Shown: one piece after another, positions 14,104 through 29,045 of the stretch
How positions within the stretch are numbered: position 1 is the first letter of the stretch
How the letters are laid out: every line of letters starts with the position of its first letter
Assembly: GCA_951406725.2 (NCBI GenBank)
Contig: OX597832.1
Coordinates: 48,360,001 to 48,424,000, forward strand
Reading direction: 5' to 3'
From: Octopus vulgaris
Lineage: Eukaryota
Length of the DNA: 64,000 nucleotides
Position numbers and translations under genes: made by a program
The notes under the pieces: model-generated
Databases searched by the model: none
What the model was told of the DNA's origin: nothing
The model's input: only the letters and a program-made list of their open reading frames with translations

Positions 14104-14264
14104 GCATATATGAGTACAGGACATCACGAACGGTGCAAATAACATGAAATACGTAAACAACGAGAAAAAATGGTAAACAGGACAAGTCAACACAGAGAAA
14201 GGAACCTTCATCAGTTGTCGACTGTCTGTCTACTCCTTATTCCGAGCATTCAATATATATATAT

Positions 14265-14650
14265 TCTTTTACTTGTTTCAATCATTAGACTGCGGCCGTG
14301 CTGGAGCACCGACTTTAGTCGAACAAATCGACTCCAGGATTTATTCCTTGTAAGCTTAGTACTTATTCTATCAGTCTCTTTTGCCAAACCGCTAGGTTAC
14401 AGGGACGTAAACACACCAATATCGGTTGTCAAGCGATTTTTGGGGGTACAAACACATGCACTCACACGCACATATACATATATATAAACGACGGGCTTCT
14501 TTCAGTTTCCGTCTACCAAATCCACTCACAAAGCTCTGGTCGGTCCGAGGCTACAGTAGACGACCCTTGCCCAAAGTGGCATGCAGTGAGACTGAACCCG
14601 GAACCATGTGGTTGGTAAGCCAGCTTCTTACCACACAGCTACTCCTGCCA
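14265..14650 (-). mobile_element. SINE family A
   Basis: Reverse complement of a full family A copy. Confidence 0.85.
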
Positions 14651-15332
14651 CTATATTTATGTGTGTGTGTATGTGTATGACTATGTGCGTGTACGTTTAT
14701 TTGTTTAAATAAAAGTAGTGTGTGTGTGTGTATGTGAACGGGTATGTGAGTGAAAAGGTGTGAAAGCTTCATTAGAATTAAGAGTAAATAAGCGTATAAT
14801 GATAGTCGTATGTATGTTGCAACGAAACAGTGGGTAACATTAGATTTAAATTGATAAATTATTCATCACAAAAAATTACTTCACGGTGCCACCTTCTCTA
14901 TGGCTTGAGGATTGATTAGAATTTTGAACTACAAACACACGTATATAATCTCAGAATAAATTACACACACACACACGTACACACGTACGCACATCTACAA
15001 GTATAATGTATAATATATATGTATACGCATGCATGTATATGAATACACATATATTCTCATATGCATATTATATGGAAATTATTATTCATCCTACTCGACA
15101 GGGCATTATTTTATTTGTATAACTTACTCAGTTACAGGCTTTCAATTTCACAGTTATCTTTTCGTTGCTGCTTCTGACTAAGATGAAAGAACTGAAGTGC
15201 TTTGCATACGGCCCCATATTAAATAAATATTTATGATTTTTATTAAGGTAAAAAAAAAAATTTTGAAAATTTTAGTTAGCTTTGAAATGTGAATAATTCA
15301 GGCATATTACACGCATACATAACATGTCTATC

Positions 15333-15440
<108 letters not shown>

Positions 15441-15523
15441 GGTATATGACTTCCACGCTGCAATTGTTTTTGTTTCAGCACACGATCTCAGATCAGGTCA
15501 CTTGCTATGCAAGTACATCTCCG

Positions 15524-15577
<54 letters not shown>

Positions 15578-16639
15578 TGACAGTATACAACCACTCTCTC
15601 TATATATAATTACATATTCTTTTATTTGTTTCAGTCATTTGACTACGGCCATGTAGGAGCGCCGCCTTTAGTCGAAGATATCGACTTAATCTTTGTAAAC
15701 CTAATACCTTATTCTATCGGTGTCTTTAGCTGAAATGGTAAGTTATATATATATATCTGTCTGTGTGTCTGCTTGTCTATATATCTGTCTGTGTGTCTGC
15801 CTGTCTGCGTGTCTGTCTGTCTGCCTGTCTGCGTGTCTGTCTGTCTGCGCATGTGCTTTCATATGTATTTGTGTATGTGCTTGTAAGTATGCTTTGCGTC
15901 TGTGTCGATTTTTGTATGTTTCTATATCGACATGTTCACACAACACATTTTACAACGAAATCTATTTCTCATCGCTACGTAAAAGATGAAACCTATCCAA
16001 TCTACTTTGCACCTAACGACACACATCTCATTTTTCTCCTGTTCATGTATTCGCCCGTTTGACTGATCGCCTGTCACACTGTCTTCCGTTCTGTGTTTTT
16101 TTTTCTCTCCTCTTCATAGCCTTTGATTTTTCTGCTTGCTTTTTTTACTCGTTTTGTTTTGGGTGTAACCCGAAAATAAAATATTCAATATACCACAAAC
16201 ATAAGGGCATAAAATATATCTAATAATTTAAAATATTTTCTATTAAATATGGCGTAGATACATTTATGTATCTACGCCATATTTTAAGGATCATAGGGCA
16301 TATGATCCTTTTAACGACCACGGCAAATGGTGAGAAATAGGTACGAAGTCATTCTTCATCTGGCCCAATGCTTGCAAAGAGCTTACTCCGCTAAAGGTAA
16401 CCTAAGGCAAGGAGATGTTTTTCAATTGGACAACAGATTAAGTTCTCTGCTCATTTTCAATGTATTTAATACTTTACACTGCTTCTATCAAGTATTACTC
16501 TGCCTTTATCTCCAACATTATGCAGGCAATGATAGTCACTCCTAGGTTTACGGAAACTGCTAGAAATAGCAACAGAATCTCCCTCAGGTAACTCCCATAT
16601 CGTTTTGAAAATAAAGGAACAACACATTCAATAACCTGT

Positions 16640-16945
16640 TCTATCTATCCGCTCAGTCGAAGTCGACTCTCGGTCACTCGTTGGATCAATGTCCTCCGGT
16701 CAGTTCTATCCTGGGCCGCTTCTTTCAGATTGGCTATGTCCATTCCGGTATCACTCTTGATGGTGTCAAGCCAGCGGGTTCTTGGTCGGCCTCTTCCTCT
16801 CTTGCCACTATATATATGTGTGTGTGTATGATGTTCTTCTTCAGGGATTTTCTCCGCATAATATGACCGAAATATGCCAATCTATGCTTGGTGATCCTAG
16901 CTTCTAGCGACATTTTCGGCCTGATCTGCTTAAGAGCTTCTCCGT
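16640..16945 (-). mobile_element. RTE-clade LINE 3' end fragment
   Basis: Minus translation MSLEARITKHRLAYFGHIMRR…RGRPRTRWLDTIKSDT…RVTESRLRLS, typical of an RTE/BovB C-terminus. Confidence 0.8.
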
Positions 16946-17294
16946 TATATCAAATGTTATATCAAATAAATATGTCGGAAAAAATTTCAACTTCAAGATA
17001 TCAATAGCCAGATCGCTTCTGATAATGTAATCCATGTTTCTGGAACAAGTAACAATAAGTAGCGTTTCACAGCGAATTACTTGTGTGAGTAATGTTGAAT
17101 GATTTCTCAGCAGAAACCGAAAGCAGATATTAAACTTTTATTTGCTACGAACATATATCTTACTAACATGCATTATTACTGTTCTGCGATAAATCGACGA
17201 TGTACGGTGTTAATGCGCTGTTAGTAAATAAACAGATGACTTTAAAATATTTTTGTGTATACATGTACATACATGTATAAACACACACAGACAC

Positions 17295-17343
<49 letters not shown>

Positions 17344-17795
17344 CAAACAACTTACACATACACATATGTATGTATTTATAATACATATACATACATAAAT
17401 ACATATACTTATATATATATGTATATATATAAATGCATTTATGTATGTATGTATATATATATGTATATATATATGTATATATATGTATATATATATGTAT
17501 ATATATATGTATATATATATATATGAATATATATGTATGTATATGTATGTATATATATATACATATATACAAGCACACACATACACACACTGTGACTCTG
17601 TAAATGATAATGATTATTATAAGCTTAAAGATTATAATAATACTTATCATTATTTTACAGAATTTTCACTCGTCACTGCTTCTCCATTTAACGCAGAAAA
17701 CATTTCCATATATATGTGATATAGTTACAGACTTACACACACACACACATATATATATATACATATATGTTTGTATGTATATAAACAGACACAAA

Positions 17796-17844
<49 letters not shown>

Positions 17845-18236
17845 ACACACATAAACTACAATGAACATAGCAATTGGAAGCGATAAACCAGAAACCTCAA
17901 TATACTAGCAATGAAAACAGAAAATATTGCAGTCAGTGGTTTAGTTGCTATGGACAATACAGTAAGTGTTTTATCCATGGATATTGAAGAACATACGGCC
18001 ATTTTGTATCTTTCGTACGCTCCTCCTTTTTTTTCTCTATCTCTCTGTATCTCTCTCTCTCGTTCACCTTGTCTCTCTTTTTCTCTTTCCGTTCCTCATA
18101 TACACTCGGTTTTCTTCTTCACTCATTCATCAGGCAATCGTTTACTGAAAGATGTGCAATAAATGTCTCGCAAGTGTTATAAGCGGCAAGGCTGGCCAGT
18201 CGAGGTGTGATTTAAAGCTTTCTGAATAAATAAACT

Positions 18237-18390
<154 letters not shown>

Positions 18391-18699
18391 TAGCTATCTT
18401 TTGATCGAAAACCAAAAAGCCTTTTTTTTACCCCCAAAAGAAAAGCTCTACCTTGTAATTTGTCCTGTCTGTGTGCAGCCCTGTGTGGCTAATAAAGAAA
18501 CATATCTATCTATCTATCTGTCTGTCTGCCTGCCTGCCTGTCTGTCTGTCTGTCTGTCTGTCTGCCTGCTTGCCTGTCTGTCTGTCTATCTATCTCTTAA
18601 TATATTCATATATACACACACAAACACCTGTATAGAAAGAGATAGACTCATAGAAATAGAGATATACGTCGATGCATATAGATATATCATTATATATGC

Positions 18700-18764
<65 letters not shown>

Positions 18765-18891
18765 TATATGTGTATGTGTGTCTCTATGTGTATATATATA
18801 TATACTCCCCCTCTTTCATTACATATATATATATATATACTTTTGTGTATATATACATACATGCTAATGTAATAATACACACATACATACA

Positions 18892-19124
<233 letters not shown>

Positions 19125-19627
19125 CATACTGACATTTTCAGTAAAAGAGACATAAATAAATTCGTATCAGAAATAGTTATGTAAAAAATATATATTTATG
19201 GCGTTTCTTCATGCACCAATTACTTTAAAACTTTTTTTCTTCGGATTGTGTGTATCTGCAAAATAAATTGCTGACGCATATACGCACCGAAATACGTACG
19301 TCTCAGCAATATTTATGCATACATACATACATAAATACATACATACATACATACATACATACATACATACATACATACATACATACATACATACATACAT
19401 ACATACATACATACACACACACACATATATATATATATACAAATATATATACATATGTATATACATATATATATACATATATATATACATATATATAAAT
19501 GTATATGTATATACATAAGTATATATATGCACACATATAAACTTATATATATAAATATATATATATGTATAAATATATATATGTATATATATTATATATA
19601 TATATATATATAATATATATATACATA

Positions 19628-19733
19628 TGTAAATATAATATGTGACTAATTAGTCGGTAGCCATGATAAAACTCCGAGTTTCGGAACTCAGAGTTTTATC
19701 ATGGCTACCGAATAATTGTGACATATATTTACA
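19628..19733. repeat. Fold-back inverted repeat with an HHR 3'-half-like sequence at the apex
   Basis: TCGGTAGCCATGATAAAACTC c GAGTT tcgg AACTC a GAGTTTTATCATGGCTACCGA; embedded in (TA)n. Confidence 0.8.
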
Positions 19734-19878
19734 GATAAATTCCTCTATTTACATAATATCGAGGTCTCTTTCATTCTTTTGTTGTTTTACCATTTCTATC
19801 AATATATACATATGTATGTATATATATATATGTATCTGTGTATATATGTACATGTATATATGTATATATGTATATATG

Positions 19879-19937
<59 letters not shown>

Positions 19938-20023
19938 ACATGCATATAGCTATATATATATATATACATATATATATGTTTTTACATGTATACATAGATA
20001 CACAAATATACATGTGGTTATGA

Positions 20024-20075
<52 letters not shown>

Positions 20076-20686
20076 ATATGGAAAGAGAGGAACAGGCATG
20101 ACTTTATGCATGTATACAGCACTTATGAAATATCCATGTCGATATACTCACGCGTGCACGCACACACACGCTCGCGGGAAGCCGAGATATGCATTTAATA
20201 TCAGTTATAATTCACATGAAATATCTGAAACAGCATAAATAAGTTGAATAACATGAGATTCGCCTCCCGTTTCATAGATGGAATAACATTCAAAAATGCA
20301 TTTCCAAAATGGACGTCGCTCGCTGCTCGCCATATTGAGGTCAAGCTTGGATCGTAGCCAAGTAATTTTCATGTTCTAAAACACACCCTTTAGGCTTGCA
20401 AGTTTCATTATATTATTATCGTTGGAGTTAATCAATAAGGCAGCTGATTGTTTCCTGCAACGTTAGCTTTGGAGTGAACAAACCTGATATTACGTTGATG
20501 TTTGAAGCCATGGAAGAGCAGACGAATTTGGCTTTGGTGTAAAATTTTTTTAATTGTCTTGCCGATGTTTGCCGATGTCTGCTGTTATCCGTCGAATTCC
20601 GCCGTTAGAAAATTGGCAAACATAGACGTTAGTTCCGACTGTTTATATTCGTACATATGAGCGTATGTATGTTTGTATATGTATAT

Positions 20687-20736
<50 letters not shown>

Positions 20737-20774
20737 AAAGAAGTGAATGCATTTATAAGAGTCTGTGTGAGTCA

Positions 20775-20849
<75 letters not shown>

Positions 20850-20988
20850 ACGCATATTCCTCTCTTCCCAAATGCATGTGTATGTATATATATAAATGTA
20901 TATATATATATGCATATATATATATATATATATTCTCATAGGTACATACATACATATATGTATGTGTATGTATATATATATATATATA

Positions 20989-21026
<38 letters not shown>

Positions 21027-21595
21027 GCATATATATACATATATATACTCATAGCTACATACATACATATATATATATATATATGTATGTATCTATGTAT
21101 GTATATATGTATCCATGTAATATATGTATATATATAGATATATAGATTTCCAAGTCTATGCGTGTATATATGTGCATGTGTGAGTATACACACAAACACA
21201 CACGCACATGTGTACACATAGTGACGCACAAAAACACACAAGCACGCACGTCGTGCATATATATGCCTGTGTATGTGTGCATGTATGCATGGTAACTCGA
21301 TATGTATTTACTGTATTTTTATTCGATTAAACCAGGTATTTATCCAGTGGTAATGCTCCTCTAATTAAAGTAGCCGGGGCTATGACCAATGTCTATATGT
21401 ATGAAATAGAGGAAATATACTATATAAAAGAAATATGTATATATTTACCCTGATATATCCAAATGTTTCACCGCTTTTTTGTCTTTTCAGGTGGTGTTGA
21501 CAAATGTATGATCTCGTTCTGCTGCGTTATAAATATTATTCCGCTACAAAGGGTTAATAGGTAAATGTACATATATTCATTCATACATATATATG

Positions 21596-21629
<34 letters not shown>

Positions 21630-22097
21630 GTATATAAATATGGTATATGTATAAATATGATATATAATACATATATATATATATGTATATATATATATAA
21701 CTGTGATATATATACATATATATATATAAATGTCATATATATACATATATATAAATACATATGACATATATATATATATATATATATAGGTGAGAAAGTT
21801 GGTGTGTGAAAGCACGTGGTTGAATATATAGTAAATAGTAAAAAGTGAAAAAAACTACAGAAGACTTGTTTTAAAAGGTTAAAAAATATATATTTGAGTC
21901 ATTATGATATATGTGTGTATGTGTCATATATAAATATGACACACACACACACACACACACACGCGAACAGGACAGGATACAACGCTTTTATATACGGCAC
22001 TTCACAAAATATATTCTGTCTTAGTGAGAAACAGGGTTATATCTGTTTCAAAATATCGCCCTTCCTCTTTGTTATCATATTTGAACAACCGTTTGTT

Positions 22098-22148
<51 letters not shown>

Positions 22149-22281
22149 GTATATATGATATAAGCCCATTGTTTCTTAAATGTATGTAGACTTTTGCATG
22201 TAAAGAGAGACTGAAAGAGTGAGAGAGAGAGAGAGAGAGAGACAGGAGAGAGGGAGACAAAGATCGATAGAAACGTATCTA

Positions 22282-22316
<35 letters not shown>

Positions 22317-22869
22317 ATTTATATACATATATACATTTATATAAATATACACACATATGTATGTATATGAACAGAAAGAGAGCGAGGAGAGAGAGAGAGT
22401 GAGTGAGAGAGAGAAATAGATAGAAAGAGAAAGACAGAGAAGAGCGTGCTTCATTAATACCTGTCTGATTTAACCTTCGTCTGTAATCTACATTAACCGA
22501 GTTCCATTGAATTTCTTTGCATAAATACTAATAAAATGGTTTGAGCCAATGAAAAAGAAAGAGCCCACACCAGTATTTATTGCAAAAGGAAGGCCGCCAT
22601 TTTCTGTGGCAATGCTTCTGAAGTATGTAGCAAAAAAATATATGAATTTGTTCTATAGTAACTTAATTAGATATTTCAACCGGAAGCTTAATTATTATTT
22701 TTTTTATATCTCTCACTCCATTAATGCGATCAGATTAACTTTGTGCCTGTTTGAAATTGCCAAAGCATTCCCTGTATTTTTTCATATAGCGCCAGTATTA
22801 TCTTCCTCGTCCCATCGTCGTCTGACCGCACATGTGGCTATCTTCAGGGGAATTAGCAGAGAATGAGCC

Positions 22870-23049
22870 GGGCACAATACTTAGCGGTATTTCGTTCGTC
22901 TTTATGTTCTGAGTTCGAATTCCGCCGAGGTCATCTATGCCTTTCAGCTTTTCGGGGTCAATAGAATGAGTACCAGCGAAGCACTGGGTCGATGCAATCG
23001 ACTTACTCCATTTTCCAAAACAGCTGATCTTGTGCCAAAATTTGAAACC

Positions 23050-23050
<1 letters not shown>
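22870..23050 (+). mobile_element. SINE family B variant with long (TTA)n tail
   Basis: CTTAGCGGTATTTCG…GAGTTCGAATTCCGCCGAGGTC…CTTGTGCCAAAATTTGAAACC, then (TTA)n to ~23300. Confidence 0.75.
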
Positions 23051-23115
<65 letters not shown>

Positions 23116-23177
23116 TTATCATTATTATTAATATTATTATCATTAGTATTATTATTAGTATTATTACTTTATAATTA

Positions 23178-23266
<89 letters not shown>

Positions 23267-23756
23267 TTATCATTATTATTATCATTATTATTATTATTAT
23301 TGAGAGAGCAGTGCATGCCATCAAAGTGACACTGGGGTACAAATATACGAAGCCCAGTATACCCATAATGAACCCTACTGGTAACCTTTCTTGTTCCTAA
23401 GAGGCAAACTGTCTGTAGAAGCTCTACAAGACATTCTATTCCAATTACTTATACTATATGATAATATACTTAATAACAGGTGAAATAAACATCGGAGTTG
23501 TTTCTCTTCACGTCGAAACTACCGAAACCTCTCAGGAGTATTGCCAGCCCTTCTGAATTCACTGCTATGTCGGAAATCCTTCCATATCATCAGCAGGTAA
23601 TTCAGAGTCACAAGCGTTTCGCCCCTTAATATGTACACTTCTTCCCGAGTTGAGTAGGGAAGACAGAATTAGTTTTCGCTTGGGGAAGGGCTCCACGTCA
23701 GGTCTCTTGTCAACTACAGCCACCTTGAACTGCATACGAAATAACAATAATACCAA

Positions 23757-23789
23757 TGTTATGATTAGCGAAAGCGAAACCGGTCGACA
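23757..23789 (+). ncRNA. Degenerate minimal type I hammerhead ribozyme
   Basis: tgtt ATGATTA GC gaaa GC GAAAC CG GTC gaca: stems I, II and III pair; core differs from CTGATGA at two positions. Confidence 0.45.
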
Positions 23790-24017
23790 AACACAATACT
23801 TTTTCACTTATAAAATATACTAAAACTATGTAAACTATGTGCATTTTCCTTTTCTTTTATATTTATATTTTTACACACTCACACACCCACCCGTACGTAC
23901 ACTCACATATATGTATATATGCGCGTGTATGTGTGTATCTATTTATCTATCTATCTTTCTGTCAGGTCTGTATATAGTTTAAGATCAAGAAAAAGTACTC
24001 CATCCAGTGAGAGGAAA

Positions 24018-24060
<43 letters not shown>

Positions 24061-24948
24061 TACATACATATAAGCGCGCACGCGTATGCAAGGCGCCCAT
24101 CGACTAAGTCCAAATACTTGTCTTTCTTCTGATTTTAAGAAATGTCGGGTCTATTCTCCCAGGTCGTTGTAATTTCAACCAGTATAATAATAATATTTTA
24201 TTGACATACATTATAATTATATTTAGATATATAATGTACGCTGAATTTTTATTTCTGCATGCAAAGTTGGTGTACAAACTCAGGTAAATCCTGACTAAGC
24301 AAACCTTCGATTGAAGGGATTAAAAAAAAGAACAAAATGAACAGCTTCAGTCTTATCGTACATTAGAGAGATTTCCTTACCCAGTATTTTCTTTTGTTGT
24401 TTAAGGCAGTTAAGTTTTAGCAGTAATAGAAAAAGGTGTTTTTTTCTTCTTATTCTTTTGGCTTTTTCAACTTCCTAGCAAGTTCGTTCTAACGCGCTTA
24501 ATATAAGTCGTAGGTGTCTTAACACGGTGACGCTTTCATTATTTTTATTATGATACCAAAAGAAAAGGAAGAAACCGTAGCAATTGGCAGGTTAAAGTCG
24601 TTTCAAACAGGTTTCTCTCCCGACTTCCATCTCCACCTCACCTCAGAATGTGTGTATGTACAAGTTAAAATGAGCAACACCCATGTTTTAATTGAAAGCC
24701 GATAAGTGACTATGTAGACCACGCATGACTGGATTCCTTTACGTATTAAGAAACTAACAGCAACGCAAATGTAATGTATATATGTATAAGCATACACTTA
24801 GATGCATAAATACATACATATATATGCATATATATATATATATATATGCATATATGTATATATGTATATATATATATATGCGTATATGTATATATATATG
24901 CATATATGTATATATGTATGTATATATGTATGTATATATATATGTATA

Positions 24949-24996
<48 letters not shown>

Positions 24997-25142
24997 CGTG
25001 TATGTGCATGATCATGAGTCATACCATACAAGGATATATAATTAAAAAGCAAGACATTTTTTAAAGTCACTGCTCTAGTTTCGTGTTGATCGTCTATTTT
25101 GCCAGAGTGTACGAGGGTGTATATATGTGTATATATATATGT

Positions 25143-25252
25143 GAGCTCCGCTCGAAACGTTAAACCTTCTTTCCTTCTTTCCTGAGCGTCCAATAATACT
25201 ATATTTGTTCCACGTCCTCGCGTTGTGTTTTTTTGAGCTTTCATGTTTGGAT

Positions 25253-25258
<6 letters not shown>
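25143..25258 (+). mobile_element. Penelope-like pLTR-type fragment, family P2 (5'-truncated inside the HHR)
   Basis: GAGC tcc GCTC GAAAC GTT aaac; homologous to 28845-29045; between (TA)n tracts. Confidence 0.6.
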
Positions 25259-25351
<93 letters not shown>

Positions 25352-25402
25352 CTATATAAATATATAAATATATGTATATGTATATAAATATATTTATACA
25401 TG

Positions 25403-25452
<50 letters not shown>

Positions 25453-25463
25453 TACATGCATGT

Positions 25464-25547
<84 letters not shown>

Positions 25548-26729
25548 TCATATATGATGCGCATACGTACATATAAATTTATATATGTGTATATATGGAT
25601 CTATTTCTTCATGTTGTTTGTATGCATGTTTGTGTGCCATATATATGGACACTTACAAATAATATGCATATATATATTTGCACATATACACATGTAAGTA
25701 TATGTCTTTGTACACACACACACACACATACATGTACATGCATGAGTGTGTATGCGTGTGTATTGTGTGTGTGTGTACGTGTGTGAAAGCACGTGTTCTA
25801 GTGGTTACGGTATTGCGCTTTTGATCACCAGACCGTGGTCTTGATTCCAGGACTGGGCGGTGTGTTGTGTTCTTGAGCAAAATACTTCACTTTACGTTGC
25901 CCCAGTCGTAGATAAGTTACCCTGCGAAGGACTGGTGTCAAGTTTAGGGGTCATGTCATGATCTCCGTCCCTTATACGATATAGCCCTATCCGCTTAGTC
26001 TGCGGAGCAGCTTTACTTGAAAGCTAAAACAATGCGATAAAATTCATTATAACCAACAGTGTATCCGATACATGCATACATACATACATACATACATACA
26101 TTCCCGGATGTATATAAATACATGCATTGGGTTGCACCTTGAAAGTTACCCTCCAAGGCACAAATCTGGGCAAGGTTGTTTATGGAAAACCAGCAGTCAC
26201 CCATGCATACACGCCGCCCCTCTCAACTCCACTGATGTTATCTCTAAGCTATGGGGACGTAAACACACCAGCATCGGTTGCCCGGTGATGGGGGCGGTAG
26301 TGGCGGGACAAGCTTAGACACACACACATATACCACGGGCTTCTTTCAGTTTCCGTCTACCAAGTCCACGCTATAGTAGAAAACGACCAAGGTTCCACGC
26401 AGTGGGACTGGACCCGGAAGCGTGTGGTTTGGAAGCAAGCTTGTACTTACATACTTACATACCTTCCCACTTTCGTTACAACTGCCACAAACGGTGTATT
26501 TTCCGTCACGGAAAAGTACGTTGTTCACACAAAAAACTATTGTTTTACCGCGAGAAAAGCGCCTTTGAAGTGTTAAGTGAAATTTGGCAATCGAGGATCG
26601 AATTCATGCTATGCCTGCATGAAGCCAGTAGAAATACGCTGTGGAATAAAAAAAATTATCTACTGTCATAAAGAAAGTGTAACTGTAAAAAAATCGGAGT
26701 AATGGGCATTCGAAAAAGTATGTATGTAT

Positions 26730-27105
26730 AGGCGCAGGAGTGGCTGTGTGGTAAGTAGCTTGCTAACCAACCATACGGTTGCGGGTTCAGTCCCACTGCG
26801 TGGCATCTTGGGCAAGTGTCTTCTGCTATAGCCCCGGGCCGACCAATGCCTTGTGAGTGGATTTGGTAGACGGAAACTGAAAGAAGCCTGTCGTATATAT
26901 GTATATATATGTATATGTGTGTGTGTTTGTGTGTCTGTGTTTGTCCCCCTAGCTTGCTTGACAACCGATGCTGGTGTGTTTAGGTCCCCGTCACTTAGCG
27001 GTTCGGCAAAAAGAGACCGATAGAATAAGTACTAAAAGGTGGTGCTCCAGCATGGCCGCAGTCAAATGACTGAAACAAGTAAAATAGTAAAAGAGTAAAA
27101 AGAGT
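26730..27105 (+). mobile_element. SINE family A
   Basis: Full head to AAAAGAGT tail. Confidence 0.9.
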
Positions 27106-27447
27106 AAATGTATGAATGAAGTTTTTAAGGTTTAAGATTCAAATTAAGGAAGTGCAATAATAATGTTTTGCAGTTGAAAACTGTGGGTAGTGAAATGCAG
27201 AATTAGGTCGGCTGATCGTGAAAATCGAATATTGATCGCTTCGCTAAAATCTGCAGGTGGCATGGGTTATTTCCCTTGGGTTGTTTAAATAAAATGTTAG
27301 TAATATGTAGCAGATACAAAGATCCATTGGAAGGGCCCTATTATCGATTTTTTGAACAATCTATGTATGTCACGAGGTTTCCAGACATCCTCATTTTGCA
27401 ACATCTTTCTCTTATATTCTACAACACAATTACACCTACGCACCAAC

Positions 27448-27509
<62 letters not shown>

Positions 27510-27552
27510 ATATGTATGTATATATATATGTATATATGTATATATATATATG

Positions 27553-27597
<45 letters not shown>

Positions 27598-27948
27598 TTA
27601 TAATATATGTGTGTGTGTCGTTTTGTCTGTGTTTGTCATCTCATTACCTCTTGACAACCGGTGTTGGTGTGTTTACGTCCCTGTGACATTAGTGGTGCGA
27701 CAAAAGAGCCCGATAGAATAAGCCCCAGGCTTAAACAATAAGTACTGGGGTCGATTCATTCGACTGAGGATTCAAGGTTGTACCCCACCATGGACGCAAT
27801 CTAATGACTGCAACAGGTAAAAGATAATACACACACACCCACACATACACACACACACACACACACACATATATTCAAGTATACAAACACACCACAAAAT
27901 CTTATTTACGCATGCTGACATATTCGTAAAAGTATTTTCACAGATTAG

Positions 27949-27970
27949 CCCTAACCCTAACTCTAACCCT
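27949..27970 (-). repeat. Short interstitial (TTAGGG)n-like repeat
   Basis: CCCTAACCCTAACTCTAACCCT. Confidence 0.6.
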
Positions 27971-28175
27971 TACAGATTGTGGTGATGTATATGTCTATAT
28001 GCATGCGTGTGCTTTTGCGCATGCGCATGCGTTCATGCATGTGTGTGTATGTGTATATGTTTGTTTGTGTGTATGTGTGTATGTGTGTGTAAGTGAGTGT
28101 GTGTGAGAGCGGTCTGTAATTTTCTCTCTCTCCTTCTCTTACACGCACTCTCTCTCTCTCTTTCTCTCTCTCTCC

Positions 28176-28222
<47 letters not shown>

Positions 28223-28844
28223 GACGTAAATATGTATTTTCCTTAGAATTTGAATAGTATTAAATTCAATGGTTCAACATTTTGCCTTTGTGTTCGTATG
28301 GCTCCGTTCCTTTAGCACAATAATTTCTCGCCTCAAAAGTTACATTAAAAAAATGTCGCCCGGACGACCTCTAAGACTCATTTTCAATCTATTCATGCAG
28401 TGTAACAAGGACAGAACATCAATAAACACAATTAGAAACTGCAGTATTAGTAGCAACAACAACAACGCCAGCAACAATAAAAACTATACCAGCAAGAGCA
28501 ACAGATAGATGATTCTTCTTTGTAACATTTGAAGCAGTTGGCTTCTCTCAAACGCAGAGTTGCCTTCACGTTAAAGAGCAACGGACAAAAAGAGAGAGGG
28601 GGAGAGAGGGGGAGAAATAGAGAGAGAGAGGGGGAGAAAGAAAGAAAGAGAGAGAGTGAGTGAATGAAAAGAAAAACAAAAAAAAACCAGAAAAACTCCC
28701 AAAGAATGCTTGGCAGCGATTTCGTGGCCCTTTGGACAAGAGTCTTCTTCTATAGCCTCGGATCGATCAAAGCCCTGGCAGTGGATTTGGTTGACAAAAA
28801 CTGAAAGAAGCCTGTCGTACGTACATAAATACATATATACATAC

Positions 28845-29045
28845 GTGACCGCGTGTGTACCGTTGGTGATTTTTTCCCTCTGTCTTCCCTTCTCTGGATC
28901 TTTCCTTCTCCTATGTTTCCGACGAAGAGCTCCGCTCGTAACGTTAAACCCTCCTTCTGCCCTTCCTTCCTGAGCAATAATACTATATTTGTTCCACGTC
29001 CTCGCGTTGTTGTGTTTTTTTGTGTTTTCATGTTTGGATTAACTT
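28845..29045 (+). mobile_element. Penelope-like pLTR-type fragment, family P2, with HHR-like motif at 28915-28949
   Basis: gttt CCGACGA A GAGC tcc GCTC GTAAC GTT aaac; GAAA is mutated to GTAA here but intact in the copy at 25154. Confidence 0.6.

Noticed and set aside
14170-14250. CTGATGA on the minus strand in a (TA)n-flanked repeat
   Set aside because: No downstream stem II-GAAA, so it cannot fold as an HHR in this copy.
20300-22605. YY1-like motifs (AAAATGGACG, GCCGCCATTTT); also NRF1-like at 28016 and ETS-like at ~63758
   Set aside because: Isolated short motifs with no supportable gene or transcription start.
23565-23807. 80-aa minus ORF with a candidate acceptor (FKVAVVDKRPDVEPFPKRK…)
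   Set aside because: No recognisable homology or partner exons.
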